The notes: generated from the sequence alone by a model not told the origin. Shown: positions 29,957-40,774, counted from the stretch's first letter. The stretch is DNA of 64,000 nt from Terriglobia bacterium (GCA_965223005.1 CBDCVK010000010.1:1-64000); one strand, 5' to 3'. Translations and numbers: made by a program.

Positions 29957-31072
29957 CTACTCTTCTTCCTTTGGCTTTTTTCGCCGCCAGGGAGGAAGCC
30001 AGGAGCGCTTTCCACGCCTGTCCTTGGGCGCAATCAACTCATCCTCGCTGATGTCCCTCGGGGTCAGCCGGGCGTAGTCCGGGTTGGCGGGAGCTCCGGT
30101 GTCAACATAGCCGGCTTTCACCTCGATATAGGCTTGCTCGCGGAGCTTGGCCAGGAACTTCCGCAGCGCCGGCTGCATCTCCTGCATGTACAGCATCTCT
30201 CGAATCTGTGGCTCGGCCGCGGCCAGCGGCGGGATGCCGCCCTCGTGTTTCGCTTCGACTTTAATCACCAGCCATCCATACTTGGTCCGGATCAGGTCGC
30301 TGGTCTCCCCTCTGTTCAGGCGAAACGCGACATCTTCGATTTCTTTGGCCAACTGGCCTCGGCGGAAGAAGCCGATGTCGCCGCCGCGGGTCTTGGCGGT
30401 GACGCCGTCGGAGTACTCCTCGGCCAGTTCGACAAAGTCGCGGTCTGTACGGACCTTCTCCAGGATCTCACCGGCGCGCTTCTCAGCAGCTTCCAACTCG
30501 GCGCCTTCCTTTCCCTCGGTGGAGATCAGGATTTCTCGGATGCGCACCTGCTCCGGCTGGTCAAACTTGTTCTTGTTTTCCTCGTAATATTTCGTGATCT
30601 CCTCTTGCCGGATCTTGATATTCGAGCCGACTTCCTGCCCGATGATCTGCTGGGTCATCAATTGGGTCTTGATGCCGGACTTGAAGTCCTCGTAACTCAG
30701 CCCCTGCGCCGTGACTGCCTGCTCCAGATCCTCCACCGTTTTCAGACCTGCGTCTTTACGGATTTGATCCAGACGTTTGATCACCTCGATGTCCACGTTC
30801 ACGTTCATTTGCTTGGCGCGTTGCTCGAGCAGCAACTGGTCGATCAAATTGCGCAGCACCTCCTTTTCCCGCTCGGCAAAGGCAGCTTCCAATTTCACGG
30901 TCTGCCCGGGAAACTGCCGCTGCAATTCCTGGCGCAGAGATCCCCGGCTGTTTTCTAGGTCGGACTTGGTGACGATTTCATCGTTCACCTTAGCGACAAT
31001 TTCCTCGACGATCTCGCCGGCGGCAGCCGGCCCACTCCAGGCCAACCATAAACAGAGCAGCAACCAGTACAC
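29957..31072 (-). CDS. SurA/PrsA-like parvulin PPIase
   Basis: Signal peptide, IVAKVNDEIVT, ILIST, FVELAEEYSD, GGDIG. Confidence 0.9.
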   Translation of the reverse strand: MYWLLLCLWLAWSGPAAAGEIVEEIVAKVNDEIVTKSDLENSRGSLRQELQRQFPGQTVKLEAAFAEREKEVLRNLIDQLLLEQRAKQMNVNVDIEVIKRLDQIRKDAGLKTVEDLEQAVTAQGLSYEDFKSGIKTQLMTQQIIGQEVGSNIKIRQEEITKYYEENKNKFDQPEQVRIREILISTEGKEGAELEAAEKRAGEILEKVRTDRDFVELAEEYSDGVTAKTRGGDIGFFRRGQLAKEIEDVAFRLNRGETSDLIRTKYGWLVIKVEAKHEGGIPPLAAAEPQIREMLYMQEMQPALRKFLAKLREQAYIEVKAGYVDTGAPANPDYARLTPRDISEDELIAPKDRRGKRSWLPPWRRKKPKEEE

Positions 31073-31215
31073 AGCGCACCTCTCAACGGGCTTCTGTCCC
31101 TACTTTACCCGCACCAGCGCGATGGCGGCAAGGCCCAAGTCGCAGGCGCCCGCTCCTGACGGGCAAACGGCTGGAAATATTTGGAATCAGCATGCGGGCA
31201 GGGGTGCGGCACCTT

Positions 31216-34200
31216 TCACAGGTGCGCAGGAGAAGGATCGGGAGTTGCCTGTCGCAATTGCTCAAGCAGCCGCTGGACTTCCTCCAGGGCTCTGGTGCGA
31301 TTCGGGCCGATCGGGATGCGCAGAATGCCGGCCGGGGTGAACTGCGCTCCCGGACGCGAGGCGACCAGTTTCATCAATCGTTCCGGATCCACCGGTGAGT
31401 TTTCGCCGAAGCGGATGCTGAGGAAGTCTCGCTTGCGATCGATGGAATGAATCTGAAGTTGCCCGGCAAGGAGCTTCAGTCCGGCATATTCCAGCAGGTT
31501 CCGAACTGGCCCCGGTGGTGGCCCATAACGATCCGCCAGTTCTCGTTCCAGGGCAGTGCGCTCCTCCAGGCTGGCCACGCTGGCCAGCCGCCGGTACATG
31601 CGGAGACGCTGCCCTTCCTCCGGGACATACCCAGGCGGGATGCGGATATCGAGACCCAGGTGAATGGAAGTTTCCATCTCTGCGGGCGGCAGCTCCTCGC
31701 CCTTCAGCTCGCGGACCGCACGCTCCATCATCTGGCAGTAGAGGTCGAACCCCACGGCGTTGACGTGGCCGTGCTGCCGGGAGCCCAGCAAGTTGCCGGC
31801 GCCGCGCAGTTCCAGGTCCAGTGCCGCGATCTTGAACCCGGAACCCAGGTCACTAAACTCTCGCAACGCGCTCAGACGCTTGCGAGCCAGAGGAGTCAGG
31901 TCCCGCCCCTCTGGCACCAGCAGGTAGGCGTAGGCGCGGCGGTTGGAACGGCCCACCCGGCCGCGCAATTGGTAGAGCTCCGAGAGGCCATAGCGATCCG
32001 CCCGGTTCACCAGGATCGTGTTGCAGCGGGGAATATCCAGGCCGTTCTCGATGATGGTGGTGGAGACCAGCACGTCCAACTCGTGGCGCACAAAGCGCAG
32101 CATCACCCGCTCCAGCTCACGCTCCTTCATCTGTCCGTGAGCCACCGCGGTCCGCGCCCGGGGAACCAATTTCCGAACTAAGGCGGCGATGGAGGGGATG
32201 GTGTCCACCCGGTTGTGCACGAAATAGACCTGCCCGTTGCGGGCCAGCTCCTGCTCGATGGCGCTACGGATCACACCTTCCTGGAAAGGGGTCACGACGG
32301 TCTGGATGCTGAGGCGATCCTTGGGTGGGGTCTCGATGACGGAAGTGTCCCGCAGGCCCACCAGCGACATGTGCAAGGTGCGGGGAATCGGCGTGGCCGA
32401 CATGGTCAGCACATCCACCTGCTGACGCATCTGCTTGATGCGCTCCTTGTGGCGAACCCCGAACCGTTGCTCTTCGTCAACAACCAGAAGGCCCAGGTCG
32501 CGGAACACAACGTCGGTGGAAAGCAGCCAGTGGGTCCCGATGACAATGTCCACCTTGCCCAGCTCCAGGTCTTTCAGAATCTGGTTCTGTTCCCGGGCGC
32601 TTCGGAGCCGGCTCAGCATCTCGACGCGAACGGGAAAGGGAGCAAAGCGCTGGCGGAAGGTTTCCATATGCTGGAACACCAAGACGGTCGTCGGCGCCAG
32701 CACGGCCACCTGCCGGTTGTCCTGGACCACCTTGAAGGCCGCGCGCACGGCGATTTCTGTTTTCCCGTACCCCACATCCCCGCACAGCAACCGGTCCATC
32801 GGTTCGGGCTTCTCCAAATCGCGCTTGACGTCGGCGATGGCACTTAACTGATCGGGAGTTTCGCCGAACTCGAAGGCGTCTTCAAACTCGCGCTGCCAGT
32901 GGGTGTCTGCACTGGATGCGATTCCGCTGGCCAACTTGCGCTGGGCGTAGAGCTTCAGCAGCTCTTCGGCCATGTCGCGGAGGGATTTTCGGACACGCGC
33001 CTTGGTGCGCTCCCAACTAATGCCGCCTAATTTGTCCAGTTGTGGCCGGGCACCTTCCAGGCTCCGATACTTCTCCACCAGATCCAGACGCTCCAGCGGG
33101 AGGTAAAGCCGGGCCTGGTCGGCGTATTCCAGCAGCATGAATTCGCCTTGCGAGCCGTTCTCTCCTACCTGGATCTCTTTCAGGCCCTGGTAGCGTCCTA
33201 CGCCGTGGTCCCGGTGCACCACGTAGTCGCCCACCTGCAGGTCGCGGAGGTCGGAGAGCAAAGCGGCCAGCCGCGAGGGACCAGGCGCCACCGCCGGCCG
33301 CCTGGCCACGAGGTCCCAGGTCTCGAACAGGTCCTGGGTGCCGAATATCGCCAGTCGGTTGTTGGGCAACAGGACGCCGCGCGACACCGCACCCTTCAGA
33401 ATGACCATTGAGGTCACGGGCGTGGCAATGTAGGCTTTTTCTTCCAGGTAACCATCGGTGCCCGGGGGCACCTGACGCACCCCAACTTGGTAGGCAAGTC
33501 CGTACTCGGAAAAAATGTCGGACAGGCGTTCCACATCGCCGGTGGTACCGGCAAAGAACACGATGCGGTACCCCTGCGTAACCAGTCGGCGAAGCTCCTC
33601 CGTGCACTGTTTCACGTTGCCATGGAAGCGGGGAGCCGGCTGGCTGGCCAGAGCGAATTCCTGCAGTGTGGCGTCGGGCTCCGGTGGGGTCAGCCCCAGT
33701 TCTTCCAGGTAAACCCGACGGGTTGTCGCCAAACGGGCCTTCAGTTCCTCGCTGCTCAGATAGAGCTGCTCGGGGCGAACCTGCGCGTGCCGGCCGGCTT
33801 GCTGAAATTCTGCCTCCAGGCGCCCGGCCTGCCGTTCCAGTTCGGCGAAGGCACTCTGGGGCTCTTCCGCGATGACCAGGGGATCGGCAGTCAGGTCGAA
33901 GACCGTGCTTGTGAGGGGTCTGACCAGAGGCACCAGGAACTCCCAGCCGGGGAATGGCTCCCCTGGCGCGTAGCGGGCCTCTTCATGCCGGTAGAACTTC
34001 TCCGCCAGCGACGCTACAAGGTCGTGGTGCACGGGAAAATCGGTGAGAGGAAGCAGCGTGACTTCTTCGCGTGGGCCGGTCGAGCGCTGGCTCGCTACGT
34101 CAAATTCTCGGATGGATTCCAGCTCGTCGCCGAAAAACTCCAGCCGGACCGGACGCGGGCACTCGGGGGAGAAGACGTCCACGATCCCGCCCCGTACCGA

Positions 34201-34749
34201 AAACTGCCCCACCATCTCCACCGGTTCCCGGCGCAGATAGCCCACCGCTTCCAAGTGGGCGACCAGCGCTTCCAGCGGGAGCGCATCGCCCCGACGCACG
34301 ACCTGGGCCAACTCTGCGTAGAACTCTGGCGGCTGCAGCCGCATGGCCGCGGCCGCCAGCGGAGCCACCACCAGTCGGGCCTGTCCCCGGGCCAGCTTCC
34401 ACAGCGCAATCGCTCGCTTCTCGCAAATATCCGGGTGGGGTGAGAGTCCCTCGTAGGGCAGCGTGTCATGAGCAGGCAGCAGCACGACGTCACCGCGGCC
34501 CGCTGCGGGGTTCAGTAGCTTGTAAAAAATTTCCAGAACGTCAAAGGCGGCCTCGGCCTGTTTGTTGTCAGCGGTGAACAACAGCGCCGGGCCCGCTGCG
34601 GCGCGGGCCAGCAGTGCTGCGTAGAGCCACCGAGCAGTGTCGGTGAGCCCGGTCAGGCGCAGCGTTCCGTGCGTTGGTCTTAGCCCCGTCCGAAACACTT
34701 CGTCCTTTTCCAGTTCCAGGAAAAGGTCTCGGACGAACGGCAGAAGCAT
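31216..34749 (-). CDS. mfd: Transcription-repair coupling factor
   Basis: RGGIVD, CarD/RID domain, GDVGYGKTE, DEEQRFG, SATPIPRTL, QLRGRVGR, RGAGNLLG. Confidence 0.97.
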   Translation of the reverse strand: MLLPFVRDLFLELEKDEVFRTGLRPTHGTLRLTGLTDTARWLYAALLARAAAGPALLFTADNKQAEAAFDVLEIFYKLLNPAAGRGDVVLLPAHDTLPYEGLSPHPDICEKRAIALWKLARGQARLVVAPLAAAAMRLQPPEFYAELAQVVRRGDALPLEALVAHLEAVGYLRREPVEMVGQFSVRGGIVDVFSPECPRPVRLEFFGDELESIREFDVASQRSTGPREEVTLLPLTDFPVHHDLVASLAEKFYRHEEARYAPGEPFPGWEFLVPLVRPLTSTVFDLTADPLVIAEEPQSAFAELERQAGRLEAEFQQAGRHAQVRPEQLYLSSEELKARLATTRRVYLEELGLTPPEPDATLQEFALASQPAPRFHGNVKQCTEELRRLVTQGYRIVFFAGTTGDVERLSDIFSEYGLAYQVGVRQVPPGTDGYLEEKAYIATPVTSMVILKGAVSRGVLLPNNRLAIFGTQDLFETWDLVARRPAVAPGPSRLAALLSDLRDLQVGDYVVHRDHGVGRYQGLKEIQVGENGSQGEFMLLEYADQARLYLPLERLDLVEKYRSLEGARPQLDKLGGISWERTKARVRKSLRDMAEELLKLYAQRKLASGIASSADTHWQREFEDAFEFGETPDQLSAIADVKRDLEKPEPMDRLLCGDVGYGKTEIAVRAAFKVVQDNRQVAVLAPTTVLVFQHMETFRQRFAPFPVRVEMLSRLRSAREQNQILKDLELGKVDIVIGTHWLLSTDVVFRDLGLLVVDEEQRFGVRHKERIKQMRQQVDVLTMSATPIPRTLHMSLVGLRDTSVIETPPKDRLSIQTVVTPFQEGVIRSAIEQELARNGQVYFVHNRVDTIPSIAALVRKLVPRARTAVAHGQMKERELERVMLRFVRHELDVLVSTTIIENGLDIPRCNTILVNRADRYGLSELYQLRGRVGRSNRRAYAYLLVPEGRDLTPLARKRLSALREFSDLGSGFKIAALDLELRGAGNLLGSRQHGHVNAVGFDLYCQMMERAVRELKGEELPPAEMETSIHLGLDIRIPPGYVPEEGQRLRMYRRLASVASLEERTALERELADRYGPPPGPVRNLLEYAGLKLLAGQLQIHSIDRKRDFLSIRFGENSPVDPERLMKLVASRPGAQFTPAGILRIPIGPNRTRALEEVQRLLEQLRQATPDPSPAHL

Positions 34750-34800
34750 GGGGTGGAGAGTCCTTGGTCTTACGTGTCAGGTCCGAAGCCGGCGTCTCTT

Positions 34801-35316
34801 TCAGAGGGCCTCGGGCTTCGAACTTTGGACCCCCGGCTGATTTGCAAAGCGCTCGCGCACGGTCTGGATGAGGCAGGAGGTGGACCATCTCGGCTCGAGT
34901 TCGGCCGAGACGACGCACCCGCCACCGGCTTCGACCTCCTCGCGACCCACAATGGCGTCGGGACCCCAGTCCGCGCCCTTGACCAGCACGTGCGGCAGTA
35001 GTGCGGCGATCAACTCCCGGGGGGTGGGTTCGTCAAAGATGGTAACAAAGTCCACGGCAGCCAGCCCAGCAAGCACCTCAGCCCGCTCCTGTTCAGGAAC
35101 CAGCGGGCGGTGCGGGCCTTTCACTACGCGAACACTGCGGTCGCTGTTAACACCCACCACTAGCACGTCGCCCAGCGAGCGGCCGTGCTCCAACAGGGCC
35201 ACGTGGCCGGGATGAAGCAGGTCGAAGCAGCCGTTGGTGAACGCAACGCGGCGGTTCGCCTTTTTCAGTAAGAGCACGCGCTCCAGTAATTGTTCCCGGC
35301 TTAAGGTTTGTCCCAT
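34801..35316 (-). CDS. rfaE2: D-glycero-beta-D-manno-heptose 1-phosphate adenylyltransferase
   Basis: FTNGCFDLLHPGH, NSDRSV..KG, LVKGADW. Confidence 0.92.
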   Translation of the reverse strand: MGQTLSREQLLERVLLLKKANRRVAFTNGCFDLLHPGHVALLEHGRSLGDVLVVGVNSDRSVRVVKGPHRPLVPEQERAEVLAGLAAVDFVTIFDEPTPRELIAALLPHVLVKGADWGPDAIVGREEVEAGGGCVVSAELEPRWSTSCLIQTVRERFANQPGVQSSKPEAL

Positions 35317-35617
35317 GACCGTTGTAGCCGTGACTGTTGTAGTAAAGCCGCCAGCAGAAGTCCGACTGGACCATTCTAGTCGGATTGCCTCGAAACAGAT
35401 GTTTTTTACACAGGCAAAGATTTCGGGACGCATCCTGTGAAGGAGGGGCCCCGTTGGGACCACGGGCTAGACGCCAGAGTTTGACACCAGAGCTGGACGC
35501 CAGAGAAGGCTACGCCACCGGGGAATGTTAGGGAGTGGCCGGGCAGGTCTCCCTGCCTGTCGGTCGAACAGCCAGGGGAGTCATTTACAGGTGTGCAGAG
35601 TGCCAACTGGTAGTTTG

Positions 35618-35842
35618 CTAAGGAATTCCAAAGTGCCACAGAATGGATCCTCCCGCGAGCATACCGACCATCGCCAAACTCCAATGCGTGATCTTGCTCT
35701 TCACTTCACTGCCGAGCATGGTGTAGAGGGTCGCGGCAACCGCGGTTGCCGCAATTCCCACCGGCAAGCTGTAATGCTCGCGGAGACACAGCGACCAAGC
35801 GTAGGCCCCGCATATCAGTAGAGCCAACCGAATGATTGTCAC
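35618..35842 (-). CDS. Small membrane protein (hypothetical)
   Basis: 74 aa with three hydrophobic segments. Co-oriented with its neighbours. Confidence 0.45.
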   Translation of the reverse strand: MTIIRLALLICGAYAWSLCLREHYSLPVGIAATAVAATLYTMLGSEVKSKITHWSLAMVGMLAGGSILWHFGIP

Positions 35843-35984
35843 CAGCGAAGCCTCAACATTAGAAGAGTCAGGTCCCGAACAGCGCAGCCATGGCTTGAGC
35901 TGTCACGCTGCCTCTCCTGCATCAAGGATAGGCCTCACGCCGTTCTTTCCAAAACTGTTTTCTCGAGGGGATTCCCGAACTGAA

Positions 35985-36603
35985 CTAGCCAGTGGCAGCG
36001 CGGTTGGCGTCGAGGATTTCGCGCACCAGGGAAGCGAATTGCAGCACCTTGATGGGCTTGTGTACGTAAGGGCAGCCAGTGCTTTCCAGGAACTTGCGGG
36101 TCTCCGAGCCGGTGTCTCCGGTGATGAACATCATCTGGCGCTTGCTACCGAGGGCCTGCGCGTCAAAGAAGCGGAACAGCTGCTTGCCGTCCAGGCCGGG
36201 CATGTGGATGTCAGAAATCACCAGGGAGTACTGCCTGTCCACCAGCTTTTGCAGGCCTTCCTTGCCATCGTTGCCTATTTCCAAAATGCAGTTCTCGTCT
36301 TCCAGAACCTTGCCGAGCAAAATCGTGGTGAGGTCCATCGTCGTCAATCACCAGGATCCGGTCCGGAGGATGCCCTTCAGCAGTGGACGTTCCAGAAGTA
36401 TCGGATTTCACTCTGGCCTGGGCAACGGATGGCGGATTACCCTTCCAGTCTAGTAATTCCCATTCGGTCAAGCCCGCGCAAAACTCGCAAGAGCGCTTAA
36501 GTGGCTTTTTCTGTTGCAAGGCCACCACTTCGTCCGTGCGAAGCTTGTGGAACATACGGGTGCCGCAGTAGGTGCACCGCATTGAAGCTTCGTAGAGAAT
36601 CAT
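35985..36603 (-). CDS. Zn-ribbon + receiver (REC) protein, +1 frameshift at about 36335
   Basis: CTYC...CEFC, linker, RILVIDDD | DLTTILL...ISDIHMPGLDG, FITG, HKP. Removing one G joins the two frames. Confidence 0.8.
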
Positions 36604-36627
36604 AGGCGTATACCTAGGAATCCATGG

Positions 36628-37005
36628 TCAGGGTTTCAGGAAAACGCTCAATAGCTTGACCGCGACGCCTTTTATCAGCGAGTCTTGGATCTCCTCGACC
36701 CGCACCACTTCCGCCTGCTGCGGCCGTTCGAACGATGACTTTGCGGGGTCGTAAGGGAACACGACCTCAATCATCATTCCCGGCTGGTAGTCGCCGAAAG
36801 CTCGGAAAAAGATTCCGGTGCGGCTCAGGTCCCTCATGGTCCCCACTTGCGAGGACAGGTGGGAAACCTTGACCAGGATTTTAGCGTCGCTCTTGAGGCG
36901 ATAACGGTCCCGCCGATTGGACGCCTCATGTTTGGGCTTGTCAGGCAGCCGCTGCGAGTCGACAGGCGCCTGTGAATCCATCACTCCAATTGACCTGAGT
37001 TCCAT
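36628..37005 (-). CDS. PilZ-domain protein
   Basis: RxxxR (RRDRYR) and DLSRTG motifs. Confidence 0.85.
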   Translation of the reverse strand: MELRSIGVMDSQAPVDSQRLPDKPKHEASNRRDRYRLKSDAKILVKVSHLSSQVGTMRDLSRTGIFFRAFGDYQPGMMIEVVFPYDPAKSSFERPQQAEVVRVEEIQDSLIKGVAVKLLSVFLKP

Positions 37006-37388
37006 TTCTTTTTAACCTCTCATGTCCTGCAAGCACCTAGTTAAACGCAGTGGCCTCGAGCAGCCAATAGGCTAACAGTTACATTTTGCTCGGTACTTTT
37101 GGACCAGCGGGGACGCACCCAACAGGTGCCCCCAATTCTCTCAGGAGAGAGGACAAGCTAGCTGTTTAGAAGTCTTTCAGTCAGAAGTCTTCGGAAGGAT
37201 AAGTGTCAGCAACGACGCGGGTTGGAGGTGAGAGAAAGACCAAACCAGTAGCGGAACGGTCAAAGCCGGCCGCGATGCCACCCGGGAGATGGCCATGGCG
37301 ATCTGACCTTGAGTCGACAGGTTAGCTAGCGTATGCTCTTGGGCGAAAGGGAGGCTCAAAGTGGCAATTCCGGCAAGGATACTTAGCT

Positions 37389-38222
37389 GTGGCTGATCCT
37401 GAACTGATTGATCCCACGATTGATCCGGTCTCGGCTCCGACCCTGTTGGAGTACGAGAATATAGGTGTTGACATCCTCGGCTCGGTGGCGCAGCTGACCC
37501 TGAACCGTCCCGCTACGAACAACTCGCTCACCATTCGCATGATGCAGGAAATCACCCAAGCCATCGAGCAACTGCACGATGCCAACCAGGTGCGCGTGGT
37601 CCTGCTGCGCGCCAGCAAGGACTCCAAGGCCTTCTCGGCCGGAGTGGCCCTGACGGATGCCACGCCCGATCGCGCGTTCCAGATGGTGGAAAGCTTCCAC
37701 GGCATCTTCCTGGCTATGCTGCAAATCTCGAAGCCCGTGGTGACGGTGGTCAATGGACCGGCCGTGGGCGCCGGCTGTGAGCTGGCCTTGTTTGGCGACC
37801 TGGTGTTAGCAAGCGAAAAGGCGGTGTTCGCGCAGCCGGAAGTGAAAGCTGGCCTATTTCCGCCGATCGCCGCTGTTTTCCTGCCGCACCTGGTCGGTCC
37901 CAAACGCGCCCTGCAGATGATCCTGACCGGCGAGCGCATTGTCGCCCAGGAAGCTTTGCGCCTGGGCCTGGTGAACAGGCTGGTGGCCGAGAAGGAGTTG
38001 GAGAAAACGGTCGAGGCACTGGTGACCCAAATTTCCGAACAGAGCGCGCCGGTACTGGAGATGGCCAAGAAGGTGATCTATCTTTCAATGGGCCTGCCGC
38101 TGCAGGATGCGATGAAAAAGAGCGCCGATCTGTATCTGAATCACCTCATGGAACTGGAAGACTCGCAGGAAGGCCTGCGGGCCATCCTGGAGCGGCGCAA
38201 GCCGGTCTGGAAGAATAAATAG
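37389..38222 (+). CDS. Enoyl-CoA hydratase/isomerase family protein
   Basis: TLNRP, FSAG, GPAVGAGCEL, FAQPE, EG...RRKPVW. Confidence 0.9.
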   Translation: MADPELIDPTIDPVSAPTLLEYENIGVDILGSVAQLTLNRPATNNSLTIRMMQEITQAIEQLHDANQVRVVLLRASKDSKAFSAGVALTDATPDRAFQMVESFHGIFLAMLQISKPVVTVVNGPAVGAGCELALFGDLVLASEKAVFAQPEVKAGLFPPIAAVFLPHLVGPKRALQMILTGERIVAQEALRLGLVNRLVAEKELEKTVEALVTQISEQSAPVLEMAKKVIYLSMGLPLQDAMKKSADLYLNHLMELEDSQEGLRAILERRKPVWKNK

Positions 38223-38223
38223 C

Positions 38224-38517
38224 ATGTCTACCCCACAACAGCCGAAGATCAACACCACCAAGAAATTTGACTACCGCGAAAGCTACTCCAACAGCGTACA
38301 AATCCGTGTCAACGTGTGGGACTTTTTCCTCCAGTTCGGCACTTTCAACCAGACGGTGCCCGACGCGGTGGAGATCGAATACTTCCAGGGCATCTACCTG
38401 AGTCCCCAACAGGCCAAGGCGCTGTTAAACGTTTTACAGCAGAACGTGGCCACCTACGAGAGCACCTTCGGGGAAATCAAGCTGGACCCGCGCATGGGGA
38501 CGGTGTCGGTCCAGTGA
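38224..38517 (+). CDS. DUF3467-like protein
   Basis: YSNSV, WDFFLQFG, LSPQQAKAL, YESTFGEI. Confidence 0.8.
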   Translation: MSTPQQPKINTTKKFDYRESYSNSVQIRVNVWDFFLQFGTFNQTVPDAVEIEYFQGIYLSPQQAKALLNVLQQNVATYESTFGEIKLDPRMGTVSVQ

Positions 38518-38527
38518 CCGCTGCTCC

Positions 38528-39166
38528 ATGAGGGCCCGCGCTCTTGCGGTTGTCGGGCGACTAGAGGCCCGCGACGGCTGGGGAGCCCATCTGGCCATGG
38601 TGGTCCTCTGCATCCTCATCGTCATCCTCCTTCACTTCCCTCTTAGGTTGGCAGCAGGGCCGCTGCTTGCTCCGCTCCACAACAAGGTTGAACGCGAAGG
38701 CGGGGTCCGGACGGAGAAACAGTCCGGCCGGAAGGAGGGGCAGGAGCAGAAGCAGAAGAAATCAGGTCAGCAACGAGAGGGGCCGGGCAAGTCGGACAAC
38801 GTCCAGCGGGAAATCGCCCGAATCGTGCGCGACCTGCAGTTCGCGTTGGAAGGTGGCTCGGCGCAGGGTGTGCTGTCGCTGACTGATTCGACGAAGTTCC
38901 GCAACTATGCGAGCTTCCAGGACACAGTGGAACGGCTGGTGCGCGAGGACACCATCCGCGCCTACTTCCGTCAGGTAAGCGGGTCCCGGTCGGCGGAGAA
39001 AGGCAGAGCCCGGAGCCGGGTGGATGCGGAAATGGAGCTGGCGCGCAAGGACGCTGCTGGGCAGACGGAGCGCCGCCGCCGGCAACTGGAGTTCGAATTC
39101 GAGCGCACCCGGCGCGGCTGGCGTATCACCAACATCACCCCGCGCACCTTTTTTGAACCGCTCTAG
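38528..39166 (+). CDS. Hypothetical exported protein (NTF2-like C-terminus)
   Basis: Hydrophobic N-segment and GWRITNITP end. Start uncertain. Confidence 0.6.
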   Translation: MRARALAVVGRLEARDGWGAHLAMVVLCILIVILLHFPLRLAAGPLLAPLHNKVEREGGVRTEKQSGRKEGQEQKQKKSGQQREGPGKSDNVQREIARIVRDLQFALEGGSAQGVLSLTDSTKFRNYASFQDTVERLVREDTIRAYFRQVSGSRSAEKGRARSRVDAEMELARKDAAGQTERRRRQLEFEFERTRRGWRITNITPRTFFEPL

Positions 39167-39187
39167 CGGGTTCTGAAGGTGGCATCG

Positions 39188-40027
39188 TCAGTCGGTTGCG
39201 TTAGCGCGCATCATTCTGCGCCTGTGCTCCAGCGTGCGCAATTGGCCGGCAAAATTGCCCAACTGTTGCTGCAGGTGCTCCACCCGGCGCATCAACTCCG
39301 CCTCCGGATTCTGCGCCTGCTCAACGGCTACTTGCTCGGCCTTGACCGATTGGAGATTGTTGATCAGAACGGCAATGAACAGGTTGGTGACCACGAACAC
39401 CGCGATGACGACGAAGCTCGTGAAGTAAATCCACGACCAGGGATATGCGGCCATGGTAGTCTGCTGCATCTCGTTCCAGCCTTCCAGCGTCAGGATCTGA
39501 AAGAGGCTCAACAGGGCCGTGCCCAGGCCACCCCAGTGTGCCGGAGCCACTGAGGAAAAAAGGTAGTACCCCAGGATGGCATAGACATAGAGCACCACAG
39601 CCAGCAAGGTCACCACATGTGCCATGGAGGGGATGGAGCGCAGCATGGTGTCCACGATCAGCCGCAGGTTGGGTGACACGGAAACCAGCCGGGTCACCCG
39701 CGCCACCCGGGCCAAGCGTGCCACCGTCGCAAACGGCCCGGCGACCGGGAGTAAGGAGAGGGCCACCACTGTGAAGTCGAAAACGTTCCAGCCGTCGCGG
39801 AAGAACCGCGATGTACGAGGCCAGTAGGCCAGCATCCGCACCGCGATCTCGAAGACGAAGATTGTCTGAACAGCCATGTTCAGGACGTGGAACAGCCGCC
39901 CGTAGGCGGCCATCAACCCCCGCGACGTCTCCAGCCCAATGACCACTGCGTTGAAAACGATCACAGCTATGATGAAGGACTGAAACGACTCTTTCTCAGC
40001 GACTCTACGGCACCAAGCTGTCATCAC
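39188..40027 (-). CDS. Bacterial voltage-gated (BacNav-like) ion channel
   Basis: DGWNVFDF, S4 RLARVARVTR, filter TLEGW, S6 NLFIAV, C-terminal coiled coil. Confidence 0.92.
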   Translation of the reverse strand: MMTAWCRRVAEKESFQSFIIAVIVFNAVVIGLETSRGLMAAYGRLFHVLNMAVQTIFVFEIAVRMLAYWPRTSRFFRDGWNVFDFTVVALSLLPVAGPFATVARLARVARVTRLVSVSPNLRLIVDTMLRSIPSMAHVVTLLAVVLYVYAILGYYLFSSVAPAHWGGLGTALLSLFQILTLEGWNEMQQTTMAAYPWSWIYFTSFVVIAVFVVTNLFIAVLINNLQSVKAEQVAVEQAQNPEAELMRRVEHLQQQLGNFAGQLRTLEHRRRMMRANATD

Positions 40028-40195
40028 AAACCTCCTGGAATGGTTTTTGAAGTGGCCCGACTCACAAGCGTTTCCTGGCTCCGAATGGGCCCAGGGTCAG
40101 AATCAATTCGAGGGAGAAATTGGCTGTGGAAACGTGCCTCGTGGCTACAGTGGTAGGACATCCACCCTAGGCTGGGCCTGCCCTCCGACCGGGGC

Positions 40196-40774
40196 TTATC
40201 CCTTCTTCAATTCGGCCAGCACCAGGCGGGCGACTTCTTTGAGGGTCTCAAATACCCCGACGTTCTTAAAGGCGATCGCCTCGAAGACCGGTTCCCCTTT
40301 GCGCACCAACTCCTGCTTGAGTACGTCGAGCGGGAGGGCGTTGGGAAGGTCGCGCTTGTTCAACTGAAGCGCGTAGGGGATCTTGGCGAAATCGTAGCCG
40401 TGCTCCTTCAGGTTTTCTTCCAGGTTTTCAAGCGCTTCCATGTTGGCATCCATACGCTCTTCCTGAGAATCGGCCACGAACACGACACCGTCCACACCTC
40501 GGAGGATCAGCTTACGGCTGGCGTCGTAGAAGACCTGTCCAGGAACCGTGTAGAGGTGAAAGCGCGTCTTGAAGCCTCGTACTGTGCCCAGATCCAGGGG
40601 GAGGAAGTCAAAAAACAGGGTCCGGTCACTTTCGGTGGCCAGCGAGATCATCTTACCCTTGTTGGGCGCATTGTCGAAAACCACCTGCAGATTGGTGGTC
40701 TTCCCGCCCAGCCCGGCTCCGTAATAGACCAGCTTGCAATTAATCTCGCGGGCTGCAAAATTGATGAAGCTCAA
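40196..40774 (-). CDS. mglA: MglA small GTPase
   Basis: [41 protein letters not shown]. Confidence 0.95.
   Translation of the reverse strand: MSFINFAAREINCKLVYYGAGLGGKTTNLQVVFDNAPNKGKMISLATESDRTLFFDFLPLDLGTVRGFKTRFHLYTVPGQVFYDASRKLILRGVDGVVFVADSQEERMDANMEALENLEENLKEHGYDFAKIPYALQLNKRDLPNALPLDVLKQELVRKGEPVFEAIAFKNVGVFETLKEVARLVLAELKKG

Noticed and set aside
29249-30958. 569-aa + strand ORF and other long shadow ORFs (e.g. 56123-57382, 53913-55112)
   Set aside because: Antisense to well-supported genes, as expected in high-GC DNA.
32521-32540. Mfd motif GTHWLL instead of GTH(R/K)LL
   Set aside because: A single substitution that may be a SNP or error; all other motifs are intact.
36900-37380. 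c-di-GMP riboswitch upstream of the PilZ gene
   Set aside because: The GGCAAA..GNRA..GCAAA two-hairpin pattern was not found on either strand.
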